This document shows positions 59,065 to 64,000 of a DNA stretch of 64,000 nucleotides, in pieces. The notes under the pieces were generated by a model. The model searched no databases, was not told where the DNA came from, and saw only the letters and a list, made by a program, of their open reading frames with translations. The position numbers and the translations under genes were made by a program. Position 1 is the first letter of the stretch. Each line of letters opens with the position of its first letter. Source of the stretch: Blastocystis sp. Blastoise (taxonomy: Eukaryota; Protista; Bigyra: Opalinata); contig JBBPEB010000009.1 of the NCBI GenBank assembly GCA_039096225.1, positions 248,001 through 312,000 on the forward strand, in the 5' to 3' direction.

Positions 59065-60068
59065 TGAATATATCTAATATATATAATTCATATTCTATAT
59101 TAAATCGATATAGTGAGTTGACTACTTATTAAAGTATATTCTATTCGTAATAATCATATTATATTCTTTATCTCTTCTATATATTTATGTTCTTCCTATA
59201 TATATATATATGTAAAACTTTTTATTTTCCCTACATATCCTTTTTCTGTTAATCTCTTTTATTTCAAATTTGTTTTCTATTCCTACTTTCTTTATCCTTA
59301 ATCACTCATTTCCAATATATATATATATAAAGTGTTAAATATTCTTTTCATTCTATATTTTTATTTATATATATATATATATAAATACTATTAATATTAA
59401 CTTTATATTATTCTTTATATTCTTATCTTATATTGTTTATTATAATTCGAGTCTTATTTCTGTATCTAGACTTTGTCTTTATTCATTTAAACTATTGTTT
59501 TTCTCATTATTTATGTATTACACTGGTTTGTATATATATATATATATATATACCTTTTTTTTTAAACTTTATTTTTTTTCTTTTTTATTTTCTAAATTTT
59601 TTTATATTCTTTTATTTCATAATTGCATTTTTAAAAATTTCCTCTTTTCCTTTCTATCTATTTGTACTTTATTATTACTATTGTTGTCTTCATATCAAAC
59701 TATATTATATTATATTTATATTTATTTATTATGCTCATTTATGGATCTCTTTTTTCATTCGTTTTTTTTATTCCAAAAAATGTTTGTTCTTAACGTTTTT
59801 AATATTAATTCATTTTCATAATTGTCATTATTTACGTATGTGATTGTTTGTCGTATATTTCTAAATCATTTTCCTAGTTTTATTACACATTAATCAACAT
59901 TCACAACTATTAAATATCAAATCTTTTATTTTATCACAAATAATGAGACCATAAGATTCTATACAGACATAGCAACCATCTTGTATTTTATAATTTATCA
60001 AATCAAAGAAATTAAAATTATTTTCTTTCCATTTTTTCATTAAGTTTGGATTTGTTATTAAAAAGTGA

Positions 60069-60701
60069 ATGATATCTTCGAGCAGATCATTCACAAGAAT
60101 CTACAAGGGTTTGATTGCATCTTCTACTCAATTCAATAGATCCATTCATTTATTCAATTCTGTTTTTAAGAATAATGAAGATGATTCGAAGCAAAAATCG
60201 ATAAAGGAATATATACAAACAATAGACGAAGAAAAAATAAGTCGAAAGACAAAATTCATTGAAAGAGCCAAGAAACAAAATGAAAGCATTAAAGAATTAT
60301 ATAATAAATGTATGTTATTTATAGAAGAACTTATCTTGATATACATAGGCTACGCTTATTCGTTAAAAGCGTTACAATTATATTATGATTTAACTGGTAT
60401 GCATATTTATATGTGTTTCAATTTATTCTTGAATCGAAAATAACAAATATTATATATATAAATTTATTATTTAGATTATACTGAAGTTCAAGACAATAAA
60501 AAGAAATTAAAGAAGTTTACGGAAGAAATTACAAAAAGTTATAATCATTTTGAAGACACATATGATAATTTACAAGTATATATATAATTATATCTTTACT
60601 ATTTATATATATATATATATATATATTTATAAATAGTTTTTGATTCTATTTTTTTATTAATAATACTTCGATAATACTATGATTTATTCTTTTCTTCTTC
60701 T

Positions 60702-60759
<58 letters not shown>

Positions 60760-62000
60760 GAAAGAGGAAGAATTACGTCAGTTAGAAAAGCGTTATCGAT
60801 CTCAAACGGCTTTTTTGATGGATTCGCAGGATCAGGAACATCAGTATCACCAATACTTACTAGAGAAAAAGAAGAAAGAGAAAGAAATTGAACTTTTAGA
60901 TTATGAATTCTATGAGTATATATATTATTTTATATATATATATAGAGAGAGATCATTCTTTTTATTTTTTTTATTCAGCAACTACTCTTCTTTATATGTA
61001 TAATGTATATAGTATATTTGATAAGCAAACTAATATTTTATCTGATTATAATGAATTGAATGGTATAATTAATTTAGAAGAACGACGTTATAACTTTAAA
61101 ATGAGAGGATTGAGTATATTATTATATAAATAACCACAGTTTATTTGTATTAGTGATATATTAAAGAAAATTGTAGATAAAATTTATTTTCAATATATTT
61201 ATTATTATTTTTATTATTAGTATTTAAAATATATATTATTTATATAACTCTTTGTCCTTCTAATAGAATTCTATGGTTCTGTTATTTTCTTCATGTTCAG
61301 TATAGGTTTAGCCCTATATGCTATATATAGATATATACAAGTAAATAAATCCAATAAACGGCTATTCAATCTCACTGTAAATATTATTATTATTATTCAT
61401 ATTATTATTATTATTATATTTATTATTATAATTTATTATTAAAAATATTATATTTATTATTATTAATTAATTAGTTAATTAATTAATTTTATTATTATCC
61501 TCTTTTTTTTATCTCTCTCTCTCTATATATATATATATATAGATGGATATAGATAATCAGATATTTGAGAACTTATCGACTCTTCCTCTTACAGATCGAC
61601 TCACGTATAACTATAAAAAAGTATATATATATATTCTTACCAATTATATAATTTATCATTATTCTTTATAGATATATAAGTATGAATTTATTTTTATTAA
61701 TGCACTATATATATAGGAAGATTATGTAATTTATGGTATAAATGACGCATTCCCTCTTTTGCCAAAATCATGTGAAGTTGTTAATTGTAATCAAAGTATA
61801 TATATATATATATATCGTCTTTATTTATCTCTTATTTTTTAGTATATTAATGTTTATTATATATATATATTATTATTATTTCTCCTCTATATATAGAAGA
61901 AGATGATTTTTTTGATGAACTTAATAATCCTTTAGATAATAATAATAATAATATCTCAGATAATAATAATAATAATAATAAAAATAATAAAAATAATAAA

Positions 62001-62066
<66 letters not shown>

Positions 62067-62336
62067 CATAATAATGTTTCTGAACTAATATCTACAAGCC
62101 CAACTATAACGGCAGCTCCTGATATTCATGAGAATTCTACAATCAATACTCCTGTATCCCCAAATAACCATGGGGATCTTGAACAAAGAATAACATCATC
62201 ATCTATAGCGTCTCAAGAGAACTCTATTATTATGGACTCAAATTCTTCTCTATGGAGTATTACTGTTAATAGTAATAGTAGCTATGCGAGTCATTTTATT
62301 GCTTATATTTTAGGATTCAACAAAAAACAATCATAG
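60069..62336 (+). CDS. She9/MDM33/CCDC51-like mitochondrial inner-membrane coiled-coil protein
   Basis: Presequence-like N-terminus, YYDLTDYTEVQ followed by a long coiled coil, LEERRYNFKMR, TM FYGSVIFFMFSIGLALYAIY and a hydrophobic C-terminus. Family match is from memory. Confidence 0.55.
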
Positions 62337-62826
62337 ATATTATATATATATATATATATATATATCATTTTTTAATATTATTTAATTATATTTTAATTAA
62401 AACTTTTGTTTAATTTTGAAAAATACTAGTTTTAGTATACATATTATATTTTTCTATTTTTCTTTTCTTTTTTCCATCTTTTTTATTTAATTTTCTTATA
62501 TGCTTTATTGGTGATTTGTTAAATATGTAATTCATATTTTATGTATGAATTTTATTTGTTTTTTGCTATTCTTATAGTGCTTTTAATTGTAATTTTCCAT
62601 TCATTCATTAATATTGTTGCAATTAATAGTCATAACCAAGTCATTACTATGTGACACAAACTGTAAAAAAATAAAAACAAATTTATTTCTATTAAGACAT
62701 GAAAAAATGAAAAAAACAATTGTCAAAAATAATTTTCTGTTTTTTACCATTAGTTTGAATATATATATATTATTTCTTGGTGAAGAAACTTTCTAGACAT
62801 AATATACATTGATTATATGAAACAAA

Positions 62827-64000
62827 ATGTCGTATTCGAAGAATGAAGATGACATGGTTTGCACTGTATGCCACAATAAGCAATTTGATGAAACAGATGA
62901 TGGTGATCTTGTTTGTAGAATATGTGGATCTAAATACCATGTATATATAATAAGATAATTATAGATTTGCTTTAATGATTCTTTAGGAATCGAAGACTCA
63001 GCAAGTAGAAGAAAATTACGATGCATTTGTAAGAAATAGATTTGGTATTTCTGTGAAACGAAGAGTATAGTTTTTATTTTTTTGTCATTTTAGTCTAATG
63101 TATATAGCAAATTATGTATGGTCATATTGAAAGAAAGAAGAAGGAGAAGGTCAAAGTTAAATTGAATCTATCGAAGATATTAGGTGCTGTTCAAACAGTA
63201 TTACAGACACAAGTATATAGAATATTGTTTTGCGTCTATTTAATGATTATAAATATTCAATATTATGGCTGAAATATAATGACTTTGAATATTTAATAAA
63301 TAGTTTATTTCATATATAACTAAGTATGTGCATATATAAAGTGTAAAGAGATCGAGACTGCATGGGAAATAGATAGTCAATATACAGGTATAGTAAGAGA
63401 TCTATGGAAACATTATCTTTATTATATACAACCTACATTTGATTGTTTTACACATATTTATCCTTATCATAAAGCAAAGAATGATAAGTATTTTTATTAT
63501 ATTTATTATATTTATTATATTTATTATATTTATTATATTTATTATGTTTATTATTGATATTATATTTATTATGTTTATTATATTTATTATATTTTATTAT
63601 ATTTATTATATTTATTATATTTATTATATTTATTATATTATTATTATTTATTATATTTATTATATTTATTATATTATTATATTTATTATATTATTATATC
63701 ATTATTATATTTATTACATTTATTATATTTATTATATTATTATTATTTATATTATTTATTTTATTATTATTATAGTGATGAAGATACTCCAGCAGGAGAC
63801 GATGAATTGATTGGTGTTCCCGCCAAAAATAATGGTGGGAAAGAAAATAAAATGGAAGATGATTCTAATGCTGTAGTTAATGATAATAATGAAGATACAA
63901 ATGAAGTTATAACAGAAAAAGGAGATGAAAATGAAGGAAATGAAGATGAAAATGACAATTCCCTTGGTTATTCAAAGAAAACGAATCGAAAAAGCAGTGC
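62827..64000 (+). CDS. TAF1B/Rrn7-like Pol I initiation factor, 5' part; runs off the window
   Basis: CTVCHNKQFDETDDGDLVCRICG zinc ribbon, followed by AVQTVLQTQ...IVRDLWKHYL. Confidence 0.7.

Noticed and set aside
59894-60094. 66-aa minus-strand ORF overlapping the She9-like start
   Set aside because: No homology or splice structure, and it overlaps a better-supported gene and its promoter.

Overview
Very AT-rich, gene-dense, intron-rich nuclear DNA from a eukaryote, most likely a protist. A Blastocystis/Opalinata-like stramenopile is a tentative inference from GT-rich TGTTT(T)GTT elements downstream of genes. Many long ORFs in the supplied track are artefacts of intronic (TA)n/(TAT)n microsatellites, so gene models were rebuilt by splicing exons by hand. 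About 25 protein genes are supported: a helicase-less Dicer-like gene, CLK/LAMMER kinase, WDR82, SLY1, YOP1/REEP, RNASEH2C, a Myb-ankyrin-HDAC-PHD fusion, a DH-PH-FYVE-WW RhoGEF, BTF3, a truncated NOC2, PIG-H, a Qc-SNARE, ZNF830-like, RPB12, RPS25, MRE11, WHEP-AspRS, RPL12, a DHHC acyltransferase, IFI27-like, a stand-alone mitochondrial lipoyl-domain protein, SRR1, She9/MDM33-like, TAF1B/Rrn7 and low-complexity orphans. Main unexplained signals: (1) a GC-rich imperfect palindrome (ATTCCC[C]GYG.. / ..CRCGGG[G]AAT) found about 27 times across promoters, introns and exons; (2) seven non-AG intron acceptors, only in highly expressed genes, each copying the end of the upstream exon; (3) the divergent Dicer. 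No tRNA, rRNA, CRISPR or mobile element was recognised.
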